Assembly: GCF_902459465.1 (NCBI RefSeq)
Contig: NC_047063.1
Location: 18,910,001 to 18,974,000, forward strand
DNA length: 64,000 nt
DNA from: Asterias rubens
Lineage: Eukaryota
Direction of reading: 5' to 3'
The translations under genes were made by a program, and so were the position numbers. The notes under the pieces are model-generated. The model searched no databases and had not been told where the DNA came from. It was given only the letters and a program-made list of their open reading frames with translations. Within the stretch, counting starts at the first letter, position 1. Each line of letters begins with the position of its first letter. Shown here piece by piece: positions 36,358 to 47,853 of this stretch.

Positions 36358-38506
36358 TCATCTATGTTTTTTTGAGAACTCTTTTACTGGGTTGAATCCA
36401 GTCTCTTTGTCAAGGAGCCCCTGGGCCAGGTTAAGGTGTTTCCATGACTGATAGATTAAGATTGGAGGCACCACGAGCCAAGGTGAGTTCAAGCCGAAGA
36501 CGTAGCCCCAGAAGTACAGAGGATGGAACCTTGGGCCGTGGGTTAGGCCGTCGAACATCTCGGTGAAGAAGTACAGAAGCGTACCTGGGTGTTGGAAAGC
36601 AAAAGGGTTTACTATTTTAAAAACCATTATAGCTGTTTTCCCCCAGTGGAAATAGTCTGGTTCCTTTTTGAACATAATGTAAACATTCATTACTCAGTTA
36701 ATGAGTATACAGGGAACGTGACCAAGATTGTGGCTCCATGATAAGACTTAAAACATAAGACACAAGAAACTGTATATACTCTCCTAAAGAAGAAATCACA
36801 TTGCTCGCACATTTTTCAAAGCACAACAAAACATCAAAAAGTTAAAACAATTACAAAAAGACAAAAACATGTAGTGAACATAATGTATAAACATTGACTT
36901 CTTGATGTGAACATATCCAAAGGTAAAAGACCGGTTGAACGATTAAACTCACCGTAGAATTGACCAATGGAGACTCCGAACTGGAGCACGTGACGCATTG
37001 GGTGCCTGGTAAGAAACGCCCACATGATGAAGAAACATCCGGGACCTTCTAGCCATGCCGTCAGTCCCTCCATGATTACAATGCATGCATCAGACCTGAA
37101 ATATCAACCAATTTTTCGTATTCATTGACAATGTTTTTTTTTTTTTAAGAATAACTTATTTCCAATAAAAACAGTAGGCGCCTGGGTTCTTATAAAGAGC
37201 TCTCACACAGGGCGTATCAAAAGCGATTATTATATATTTTTTTTTTCCCGTAGGCTGCAAAAGCTACGTTTTTATTTCAGAAACTTATGCCGTGCTGCAA
37301 CAACTGGGGTAATAAAGTTGATTCTCTTGGTATTGATATGTGACAACGCCGACACGGTGTTAATTTCACGAACGATACTGGGGATAAATAACACCATGTT
37401 GGTGATGTCCCATATACAGATACCAAGAAGAATCATTTTAACACCCCAGTTTTTGCAGTGTTACACCATGCAAAAAATGATGGTTTTACAAGGTGCTATG
37501 TGGCGCAGCATGGCCGATTAGACCAAGAACACCGGAGCGAACCCAATATAGAGATCAGTGGGCGAACCCCTTCTGGCTAGTGTTACTGGGTTCCTTTTCA
37601 TTCGTTATACACAAAATCATGTGCACTTTTGCATCGAGTTTATTTTGATTTCGGTGATAGAAACGAGCAGTTGGTGATTTGGAAGTCATCTAAACACTCT
37701 AATGTTCCGATATTGAGATAGTAAACCGGCTGTAAGATTCATGCTGGTTTGAAATTGATAAAAAGTTAGATTTCTGTTTCAGGTGGAGGTTTTTTTTTCT
37801 AGATTAGAATCGATCCATTTGTCTTTACTTACTGCACGTATCTGCTATCTCCCTTGGTGTACTCTTTCCCTGGGATGAAACATGAAAACATTATTATAAT
37901 CACAAGCATAAATGTATTTTATGGCAACTTTAATTTTAATAGCTTCATTTTTGTAATGCTTTCTGTAATTTATGCGGATTTCTTAATTGTACCAGATACC
38001 CTACTTTTGTCATATTAGATGGATGGACTAACACAAACAACCATTATTTATAATCATCTCTGCAACTTTTTGTTTATGGTGATTCTGCTTAATTACACCT
38101 TTTTAAAGATAATTTGTACAACCATAATTATTAAGTTCATTTTTTGCAGTTTCAGCGTTTATAATAATGTTTTACCAATCGTGTTGGTTGTCCTCTTTTC
38201 CAAACACTTACAGATTTGCGCTAAGATGTTGTTTTCCCCAGGGAAAGTGCCGCTGTTCATGCTGACGTACCCCTCCAACACCATGTGAATGCAACCACAT
38301 AACCCCCACCAGCACAGCGTAGCCTTCTCCCATGATCCTAGAAGACGGTTAAACCGGTCCTGCTTCACGAACTTCCAGAAACACACGAAGATAACAACGA
38401 AGGAGCCCAGAGTAATTGGTGTGACGGCAAGCCCGAGGCTGTTCTCCTTGTAGTGGGGCACCTCCAAGCCCAGTGGATAGTACGGATGAGACACGTTTGA
38501 AGCCAT
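36358..38506 (-). CDS. EBP: EBP-family sterol isomerase, copy 4, 233 aa
   Basis: Exons 38212-38506, 37833-37869, 36953-37095, 36358-36584 (702 nt). Motifs IHMVLEG, WKEYTKGDSRY, MEGLT and LNSPW; ends SKKHR*. Confidence 0.94.
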
Positions 38507-39302
38507 GATTACACAGGAATTATCCAAAACACAGTGAATACGGACGATCAACTAAGGTTTGAAAAAACTTTCCTATGAAAGCTTTATAATATATTCTCCA
38601 AGATCCAAAATGCCACCGGCCGAATGGGATAGCCAAGGGTAAAATATGCACCGATGACTACTTGACCAAAGTTGTGGGTGTGATGTGGGTTTTTTTTTCT
38701 CGCAGCAATAAATGTTTGGCGATTAAAGTACCCGCATTTTCCAAGCCCAGAGCTCTGATTTTTGGTTCTACAATCAGTTTGGGTTTTCATGGTAGGACAT
38801 GCTTGAATAAAAAAAATGCTGCACTGATTTTGCTTTGTAAAATTATTGGTAATGCCCAAATGAAATAAAACATACCACCACCACCACCAGTCTGTTTGAG
38901 TATTATATACTACCCGTATTTATAACAAAGCAGGAAGGAATTAAACACTCAATGTGTTTATGCTTTTTTTTTTTTGCTGGCAGTTGTAAACTTCCCGGCC
39001 GAATGGTCGCATAAATAAAAAATAAAAAATAATTTGAATTATAAGAAGTTGATCATCGAGAGTGTAGAATTCTGTAACTGCCATTATTACACATTAATAT
39101 TATGTTACAGTGCTGCTTGTCTTCGGGTAAACTCGCGCCGTCAAGATCTAAACTTCGCATCCCGCCATCGCAGGGTTTAGTAATGTTTGTATGGGGCCGG
39201 TGTGGCAGGATATTCTGTCCCCACAATCAACCTTATCGCAAATACTCGGTATGGTACCCGCACAATGTACGCGGAATTAGGTGAATGCTGGTCTCGTTGT
39301 CG

Positions 39303-39410
39303 GTCACTTCGTACCCAAGTCACTTCGTACCCAAGTCACTTCGTACCCACATTGTCGTACCCAAGTCACTTCGTACCCAAGTCATTTCGTACCCGAGTCA
39401 CTTCGTACCC
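39303..39410 (+). repeat. 16-bp tandem repeat (GTCACTTCGTACCCAA), about 7 units
   Basis: Direct reading. Confidence 0.92.
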
Positions 39411-39989
39411 CAATTGTATGAATCTGACAGAATTGGCAGGCCTTCAATATTTTCTTTCATGTGGACAATTAAAAACGACTTGCGGGAAGATCAGAATAAA
39501 TATTCCTCACTAACCTTTGTAAAAAAAAGTGTCCGGTTATTATTATCTTTGCTGAATTAATGTTCTTCACTTTGACGCGATTTTCTCATGGAGTCATGGG
39601 TTGCGTTTTTGACTTGTCCGACGGAGATTGGCACGCATTGAGGTCATATTTTACACGAGCTTTTCCTCCGTAAATTGGTAAATTGGTAAAAAAAAAAATT
39701 AAATTTGATAGCTAGCTGGACCAGCATGCACCTCATTCGACAGTGTGCGCTTGCGCAATGGTTTTTTGCGAAAAGGTCTATGGCAAACTGTGTACAAATC
39801 TCAACTGGATAGCGCCCTCTTTTGAATCATCCTCTTTCATATCCCTAGCCATGGGGGACAGTTTATCGGGGTCATAAATTTATAAAGAAGATTCTGTCCC
39901 TGGTCGCAGATTCTATCCCTCCGTATGTACCAGACTATTAAGAGGGAGAGAACAGTGCGTCGGCATTAAACAACATTGTAGGTCCTTAA

Positions 39990-40158
39990 AGACACTGGAC
40001 ACTATTGGTAATTGTCAGAGACCAGTCTTCTCACTTCGTGTATCTCAACATTATGCATAGATAACAACCCAGTGAAAATTGGAGCTCAATTGGTCGTCGA
40101 AGTTGCGAGATAACTAGGAAAGAAAAACACCCTTGTCACACGAAGTTGTGTTCTTTTA
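39990..40158. mobile_element. Kolobok-type MITE, truncated half
   Basis: TTAA|AGACACTGGACACTATTGGTAATTGTC start. Confidence 0.78.
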
Positions 40159-40252
40159 GATGTTCCTGGAGATTTCGTGACCCCCCCCCCCCCCCCCCCC
40201 ATCGTGTGGTGACAAACTGTACAATATTCTTTCGATAGTCTTGTCGTGCCGG

Positions 40253-40668
40253 TGTCAGATGCAATTGTGTCCGCCATGCAATACTGCCCGCTCCAGACAC
40301 TTTTGCATATGCAATCGTGTCCGGGGCTATGCAAAAACCGTCCGGGGCTATGCAAAAACCGTGACTGTACGTATGTGTGCGCGTAAGCGAGCGTGCATGC
40401 ACTGAACCTACGTATGCAGCATGAGTATTCACGTATTAATATGATTGCAGCGAATACCCAACTGCCGTACATTTCACATGTCATTCATGACATGTACTTT
40501 TTGTAACAAAAATGGCGAACGTGTTCATTCGACCAAGGGCGTTTAGTTTACTGCAAGGACGGTTTTGCACGGGGCGGACACAACTGCGTATGCAAATGTT
40601 TCCGGGCGGACACAATTGCATTATGCAGCAGCGTCCGGGCGGACACGATTGCAGAATTGCATGCGACA
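40253..40668. mobile_element. Non-autonomous Ginger1-like TIR element, second copy
   Basis: CCGG|TGTCAGATGCAATTG...GAATTGCATGCGACA|CCGG; same body as 11419-12015, with different flanks. Confidence 0.65.
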
Positions 40669-41429
40669 CCGGCCATCGCAATTTCCTGCCGTTACGTCAT
40701 AGCAATGTCGACAATGCGACGCGTACCCGTCGACTGAACAAAAACGTGTGCACTTTTGTTTTTGCAAACTGTGCCCAAGTCAACAACGATCATTCACAAA
40801 AATAATAGGCGTGGATCCCAACCTGCTGGGCCCGTAAAAATTAATGTGAAACCTACCGGACCTATTGTAAAATTCATAATTAGACTGCATGCATTCATTA
40901 ACCAACAAAAAATTGATTGACCCATGAACCATTTTGAGAATGGTGGACGTACTGTACTAACACTATTAGGTTTAGGTTATTTGTATACACCCAACCAAAC
41001 CAAATACAAAGATGAAATAAAAATGTGTACATGTAAAAATTACACTTAAGGAAATATCAAGGCCAGTTGAACCAGGTTGACTGTGACAAAGCTAGTTGTT
41101 TGTTTTTAACTTATATTATTATGCATGGCCCACATGGAAACAGTTCTTTATACTGATTTGGCTAACCCTTGGTAAATAAAGTAAATAAATAAATAAATAA
41201 ATAAAGCTTGGTCACGAGGTGAAATCTTGGTTTATCGCACGCCCTGAGCATAAAGGTGACAGCTAAATTATTATTAATTCCACATAGCCACACCCCCTCT
41301 AAGTCATAGCCCGTTACATTAACAACAGAGGGCGCCCTTGTTGTTACGTAAACTCCCCTTGCCTTCGGTGTATCACACCAAATGGTGTAACGACGTTTTC
41401 CCCAAGAATGATTGTTTTCCCACAATGAC

Positions 41430-41488
41430 ACAGTAACTGGATGTTTGGCCATTTCAACAACTGGGCTTGACAATTATTAGAGAACTTG
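41430..41488 (+). other. Putative 5'-UTR exon end of the FMO gene (left boundary approximate)
   Basis: Consensus donor TTG|GTAAGT at 41488/41489. A pyrimidine tract plus CAG acceptor at 42104-42105 lies 14 nt before the FMO ATG. The pairing of the two sites is inference. Confidence 0.35.
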
Positions 41489-41550
41489 GTAAGTACAGTT
41501 TAACGATACATTTCACTGTATTGTTCCATTGATAAGTTCTCTTCTTCGAC

Positions 41551-41707
41551 ATAAGGTTTATCGCGAATAGCAAAATATCAGGAGAGGGCGCTGTTGAACC
41601 TACACAAAGGCATAGGCGTTGCGTGCGCGCGTCGTAGAAACTGCAGAGAAACCGCCCCATATTCCTTCCCACAATGCATTGCGTTTCTGAATCGCGATAA
41701 ACCTTAT
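41551..41707. mobile_element. Short MITE (second copy about 50172-50349)
   Basis: TIR ATAAGGTTTATCGCGA / TCGCGATAAACCTTAT; the body AGAGGGCGCTGTTGAACC.ACACAAAG is shared. Confidence 0.65.
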
Positions 41708-42119
41708 GGTTTAGTCACGGCTTGATCGTTAAACGCACATCTTAACTTTGTCCGCGCGCTATGGAAATTTGTCCGCATTCTTTACTAAAAAATCGCTAAA
41801 CACGTTTCTTTTTTTACTTGGCCTAAGGGTCGTCGTTCTGCTATAATCTGGCAGAAGATTCTGTCCCCCCATGGCGTTTCTGTCCACCCATAAATATTAG
41901 CGAACTGTGTACAAAACAAGCTATTGATACAATTAATAATAATAGTGCCCCCTTTTGGATCTCCACCAGCCCATGTTAATTTTCCACATGGGGAACAGAA
42001 TTTTCAGCAGGTGGAGTTCCCTAGGAAGCAGGCACAATATACACTAACACTGCCTTTTTTCAGTATGACAAAATATTTTCTTTCAAATTTTCCTCTTCAA
42101 ATCAGTCGATCCAAACATC

Positions 42120-45100
42120 ATGATCAGAGTAGCAGTTATTGGTGGCGGACCTGCCGGTTTGTGTGCTGCAAGGTATCTAGGCGCTAAGCCCGATGTATTC
42201 AAGTTCGTCGTCTACGAGCAGACAGATGACATAGGAGGCGCTTGGGTTTACACGGATGAAGTAGGCACCAATAAATATGGCCAGCCTGTTCAGTCAAGCA
42301 TGTACAGCAACCTCAGGTAAAGTGAGAGTCAGTTCTCAAGTTTTTAGGTGGTTACATTCTGGACTTGAAGTTTACACTGGAGTTACAGGCTTAAGGCCAG
42401 TGATTTTAGTGTCGGGCCAGTAAACTCATGAACGGAGGAAGTCCGGTGGTCAACAAGGCGCTTGGGTAACATGGACGAATAGGCACCAATAAGTATCCCA
42501 GTTCAGTCAAGCATGTACAGTAACCTCAGGTAAAGTGAGAGTCAGTTCTCAAGTTTTTAGGTGGTTACGATCAGGGCTTGAAATTTACACTGGAGTTGCA
42601 GGCCTAGGGCCAGTGATTTTAGTGTCCACCTAGTAAACTCATGAACGGACTGATTTTTTCAACAGACTGACTTTATAGTCCAAATTCAGATCAAATCTGT
42701 CAAAATTTGTGTTTAATAAATTAATTTCTGAATTGTCTTTGACCTGTGTAGTGATTCCCAAAATGTGGTCCTGTGTGGACAGTTCAACCTTGCATGTACA
42801 ACTACATGTATGTACACAAAGGGTAATGTTGGGTTTCCTTGTAATAGCAAAAAAAAATAATTATTCTATGTTGATTTACACTGATTTTGTTCTTTTTTTT
42901 TCTTGTAAACAAGGTTATTTCAGCCACTCAGGTGGCTGTCAACCATGTATCTTTTTGTAAACAAGAATTATTTAAAACAAGTTTATGATTCCATTTTTAA
43001 TCACTTGCATTAATTCTTTAATCACTGTAGGACAAACTTACCCAAGCAAGTGATGATGTTCCCAGATCTTCCCATAGATGAGGGCGGTAAAACCTCATTC
43101 ATTACACACTTTGAAGTCCTCCAGTATCTTAAGCGATATGCAACAACTTCCAATGTATACGACAAGTTGAAGGTGAGTCAATGACCAATTTTTATTGTAA
43201 AGGTATCAGATTTTGTCCCTTAAAAAACATTTCATAGTTTTCATCGTACCTATAGGCCTGGGCGCCTAGTGACACTTACTACTCTACTAGTTGCGACTAT
43301 ATTTTAATTGCCAAGATGCATTGCGGCATATTGCATGACGCAGGCACAATATAGTAAAATTCACACTTATCTGTATCACTACTCCCCTCTAAACAAGCCA
43401 ATCTCCTTCCACAAGTTCTGTCCCTCCCATCAACTCTGCCCCTCCCATCAGCTCTAACCCTCCCACAAGGTGTGCCCCTCCAATAGCTCAGCCCCTCCCA
43501 CAAGCTGTGCCCCTCCCATCAGCTCAGCCCCTCCCATCAGCTCTGCCTCTCCTATCAACTCTGCCCGGCCCTCCCATCAGCTCTGCCCCTCCCATCAGCT
43601 CTGCCCCTCCAATCAACTCTGCCCCTCCCATCAGCTGTGCCGCTCCTAGCAACTCTGCCCCTCCAATCAACTCTGCCCCTCCCATTAGCTGTGCCCCTAC
43701 CATCAGCTCTGCCCCTCCCATCAACTCTGCCCCTCCCATCAACTCTGCCCCTCCCATCAGCTCTGCCCATCCCATCAGCTCTGCCCCTCCCATCAACTCT
43801 GCCCCTCCCATCAACTCTGCCCCTTTCATCAGCTCTGCCCCTCCCATCAACTCTGCCCCTCCCATCAACTCTGCCCCTCCCATCAGCTCTGCCCCTACCA
43901 TCAGCTTTGCCCCTCCCATCAGCTTTGCCCCTCCCATCAGCTCTGCCTCTCCAATCAACTCTGCCCCTCCCATCAGCTCTGCCCCTCCCATCAACTCTGC
44001 ACCTCCCATCAGCTCTGCCCCTCCAATCAACTCTGCCCCTCCCATCAGCTGTGCCGCTCCCAGCAACTCTGCCCTCCAATCAGCTCTGCCCCTCCAATCA
44101 GATCTGCCCCTCCCATCAACTCTGCCCCTCCAATCAGCTCTGCCCCTCCCATCAGCTCTGCCCCTCCCATCAGCTCTGCCCCTCCAATCAACTCTGCCCC
44201 TCCCATCAGCTCTACCCCTCCCACAAGGTGTGCCCCTCCAATCAGCTCAGCCCCTCCCACAAGCTGTGCCCCTCCCATCAGCTCAGCCGCTCCCATCAGC
44301 TCTGCCCCTCCCATCAGCTCTGCCTCTCCTATCAACTCTGCCCCTTCCATCAGCTCTGCCCCTCCCATCAGCTCTGCCCCTCCCATCAGCTCTGCCCCTA
44401 CCATCAGCTCTGCCCCTCCCATCAGCTCTGCCCCTCCAATCAACTCTGCCCCTCCCATCTTTCTGCCCCTCCAATCAACTCTGCCCCTCCCATCAACTCT
44501 GCCCCTCTCATCTTCCCAAAAGATCTCCCCATACCATTTCGCCGTTTAACTTGTTTCAATCCTTTATTCCATGTTTGCTTCAGATTCCTCAAACCTGAAA
44601 AAATACGTTTAATTTACTTGTAGCTGCTGACGAGAGTAGAGTCTGTGAAACCGGTCACCAGTGACAACAAGACATCATGGGAAGTCATTGTAAAGAGTTT
44701 GGACAACCCAGACGCTGCACCCCAGGTCAACCAATTCGATGCTGTGATGGTCTGTAATGGGTAAGCATGTTTGAAAATTACTTTTTACCAAACTTTTTTA
44801 ATGAACGACTATGGGTATTGACATACTAGTGAGACCTCCAAAATTAGGGCTAAATTATAGCTCAGTTAGTAGAACACTGGCACGTTAATTTGTGTTGGGA
44901 ACCTCTCACACAAGAACGGGACTTGAATCAAGTCTAGGTGGACAACTCAAATCAGTTGAGTGTAACCCTCGCCCTGAAGTGACGCTGTGATCTAAAAACA
45001 AAATGTACGTAAAAAAAATAAGCAAAAAGGGTCTTAAGATACCAGTATGCAATTCTTAAAGGCAGTGGACACTATTGGTAATTGTCAAAGACTAGCCCCA

Positions 45101-47241
45101 CTGGAAGGCCAGAGGATTTAAAGAATGGAGTCGCACCCGGTTTTAATGTATGAAGATTTTAATAAATCAGCATTCAATTCTGCAATAAAACAAACAAAAT
45201 CCAAGTACATGAATGAGTGCACATACCATAACTCAGAATACTGCTAAATAGTCTTAACACGTGTACACAGAAAGATTATTACAGTCCAAACATCTGAAAC
45301 AAGTGAAAGTAATTAGAAACATAATGATTTTTAAACGGAAACATTAACTTACTACTGTGACCGGATACAACTAGCAGATCAGTAACAGTTCAGCAACAAT
45401 AGTTCAGTCCAGTTAAACAGCATACAGTTCAGTTAATCAAACGGTAATCCCCTAAACAAAAGGAAAACATTTTAAATACAGGAACCTGCCATGTATACCA
45501 CATTTACCCTGAACAAATCACCATTAAAATCAATAAGATCATGCCCAACTGATTTACAGTAAACAAATCCTGGCCTCGATGATACTTGCTCTAGAATATT
45601 CATAAATTCTTACATAAGCAGAACTTGTAACTTGGAACCTTATAAAACGGATTTATAAACATCCGAACTTTAACCTTTGAACTTTGACGTGCATCAAATG
45701 CATGTACATGTAACATATTACAACTTCTCAAGTGAGCAGAAAAACCGTTAGAACTATCTTTAATACTACGAAACTACTGAAAGTCTTGGCCAACAATACA
45801 ATTCTATAACACTCACCCTAAACGCCGATCAGTAAATCTAAGCAGTATCAGTACAAATTTAAGCAGTTTAGATAACCTTTTATATCAGTAAAGATATCGA
45901 GAAATACAGTTTCTGATGCGTTTATCGGAAAACGGTCGCCAAGTATAGCGCCCTCAAGCGACAGTTCGTAATAAACAAAACTCGACGAAACACCCACAGT
46001 TGGTGTATCTCAACATATGCATAAAATAACAAACCTGTGAAAATTTGAGCTCAATTGGTCATCGAAGATGCAAGATAATAAGGAAAGAAAAAACACCCTT
46101 GTCACACGAAGTTGTGTGCGTTTAGATGGTTGATTTTGAGACCTCAAGTTCTAAATCTGAGGTCTCGAAATCAAATTCATGGAAAATTACGTCTTTCTCG
46201 AAAACTATGGCACTTCAGAGGGAGACGTTTCTCACAATGTTTTATACCATCAACCTCTCCCCATTACTTGTCACCAAGAAAGGTTTTATGCTAAAAATTA
46301 TTTTGAGTAGTTACCAATAGTGTCCACTGCCTTCAAACAGAAAAATACTTTATTAGTTTCCTACATCTATTTTAAAATTTCAATAATATACAAAGTATTT
46401 TTTTAAATCTCTTCCCTGCAGCCACTATGCTGTGCCAAGGTTCCCCGATATTCCCGGTGTGGACTCCTTTACCGGTAAGCTGCTTCATAGCCACGACTAC
46501 CGGCATCCCGAAGATTTCAATGGGAAGACTCTACTGATGTTGGGTGCTGGAAATTCTGGTCGAGATATTGCTATGAATCTTTGCCCCAATGTAAAGAAAA
46601 TATATCTCAGTCATCTTCACCCAGCTATTGAGTGTCCGCTGCCTGATAATCTTATACAGGTACCTGATATAAAACATGTTGAGGAGGAGACAGTTGTATT
46701 CACAGATGGCCGGAGTGTCAAGGCAGACGTCATCATGTTGTGTACCGGTTACGAGTACACCTTTCCATTCTTGAAACCAGAATGCGAAGTCGAGGTTGAC
46801 AGAAACCGTGTCACACCTCTCTATAGACATATCATTCACACACAGTTCCCTTCCCTCTCCTTCATTGGTATACCATGGAAAGTCTGCCCCTTCCCGCAGA
46901 TAAGTTGTCAAGTACGTTTTGCCATGGCCGCCCTAGACGGCACAATGAAACTGCCCAGTCAAACTGAAATGAACGCCGACATCCAAAAGGACTACGACCA
47001 ACGGCGTAACAAGTGGAAAATGCCCCACCGCTATGCTCACATGATGGGTGGGCTGCAGTGGGACTACAACAAGGAGTTACTCCAGTTGGCTGGTGTGGAT
47101 GATGATATCCCACCAGCCATTATAAAACTGTATGAAAAAGTAAGTCAAGTTAGGTCAGCGGACCTCATGAACTACAAGAAACATAATTTTGAGCTGACCA
47201 ACAACATGGAAGATTGGAGAAGCATCGAGTCAGCAATGTAA
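42120..47241 (+). CDS. Flavin-containing monooxygenase (class B; invertebrate FMO / GS-OX-like), 431 aa
   Basis: Exons 42120-42316, 43031-43172, 44624-44760, 46422-47241 (1296 nt, in phase). FAD motif VAVIGGGPAG, SSMYSNLRTNLPK, FMO fingerprint FTGKLLHSHDY, NADPH motif GAGNSG and a second flavin motif CTGY. Confidence 0.95.
42456..42649 (+). repeat. Tandem duplicate of the FMO exon 1/intron 1 junction
   Basis: Copy of 42236-42436 that includes CCTCAG|GTAAAGTGAGAG; second donor at 42529/42530. Confidence 0.9.
43410..44511 (+). repeat. 18-bp minisatellite (CTCTGCCCCTCCCATCAR)n, about 60 units, FMO intron 2
   Basis: Direct reading; occasional 17-bp units and variant blocks (CACAAGGTGTG, CTCAGCC). 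Confidence 0.97.
45060..46332. mobile_element. Kolobok-type MITE interrupted by an 891-bp insertion, FMO intron 3
   Basis: Left part 45060-45101 and right part 45993-46332 rejoin into a consensus element. Confidence 0.82.
45102..45992. mobile_element. Probable solo LTR (891 bp)
   Basis: Starts TG and ends CA; flanked by a perfect 5-bp direct repeat CCCAC (45097-45101, 45993-45997); no ORF. Confidence 0.7.
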
Positions 47242-47853
47242 TTAAAAATTGTATCATTGATGTAAAATGATAAATGCAAAAACAAACTGTTTAAAACTTT
47301 CAATCCTTCAGGTATTGTGCTCCTTCCGTAGTTTAGTACTTCCAGCTCTATAGCTGACTTTTCTGGAAGCAATGTAACACCTCATTCCCCCATTGCACAA
47401 TTTTTATGACAGGATTTTAATATTTTTGATAAGATTTTATATTGTTGATGAGATTTTTAAGTCATTGCGAATCCTTTGTGATTTGCAAGTGAAAGACTTA
47501 TAGTTCCTTGCTGTGCTGAAAGACTGAAACAGCTTGATGTCCATTGGCTCTAGGTTTTTTTGTGGACAGAACAAAAATTATTGATTCATTCTTAGATGAC
47601 TCTTAGGATTGGTCAAAGCCATAGGTGTCCAGTGTGTTGTTTCTGTGTTATGCGCTTATTAAGAGCCCAGTACAACTGGTTGATGGGAATGGGTTTGTCA
47701 CATTGTTTTTGACAGTAGCTGCTGAATGTGTCGCAGCATCTTGCAACAGATCGCCGCTATTATTTTCAAATAGTATTTTACTGCATAGTTTACCCTTTTT
47801 GAAGTATCTGCAGGCATGATATTCTGATTTCAGATTTGTTTGCCCTTTGTTAA

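Noticed and set aside
21914-38506. EBP2 and EBP4 as falsely duplicated haplotigs of one gene
   Set aside because: Intron 1 lengths (769 versus 342 bp), intron sequences, exon 4 and the 3' flanks differ strongly; near-identity is confined to short tracts.
39303-39410. CRISPR-like regular repeats (also considered at 28484-28865 and 11419-12015)
   Set aside because: No unique spacers, no cas genes and a eukaryotic context; these are tandem repeats or TIR elements.
43507-44623. Long ORFs of 137-363 aa on both strands (PLPSAL, MGGAEL and GRGRAD repeats) that resemble antifreeze, mucin or collagen-like proteins
   Set aside because: They arise because the 18-bp repeat unit is a multiple of 3 and lacks stops; the tract lies inside FMO intron 2 between well-supported splice sites.
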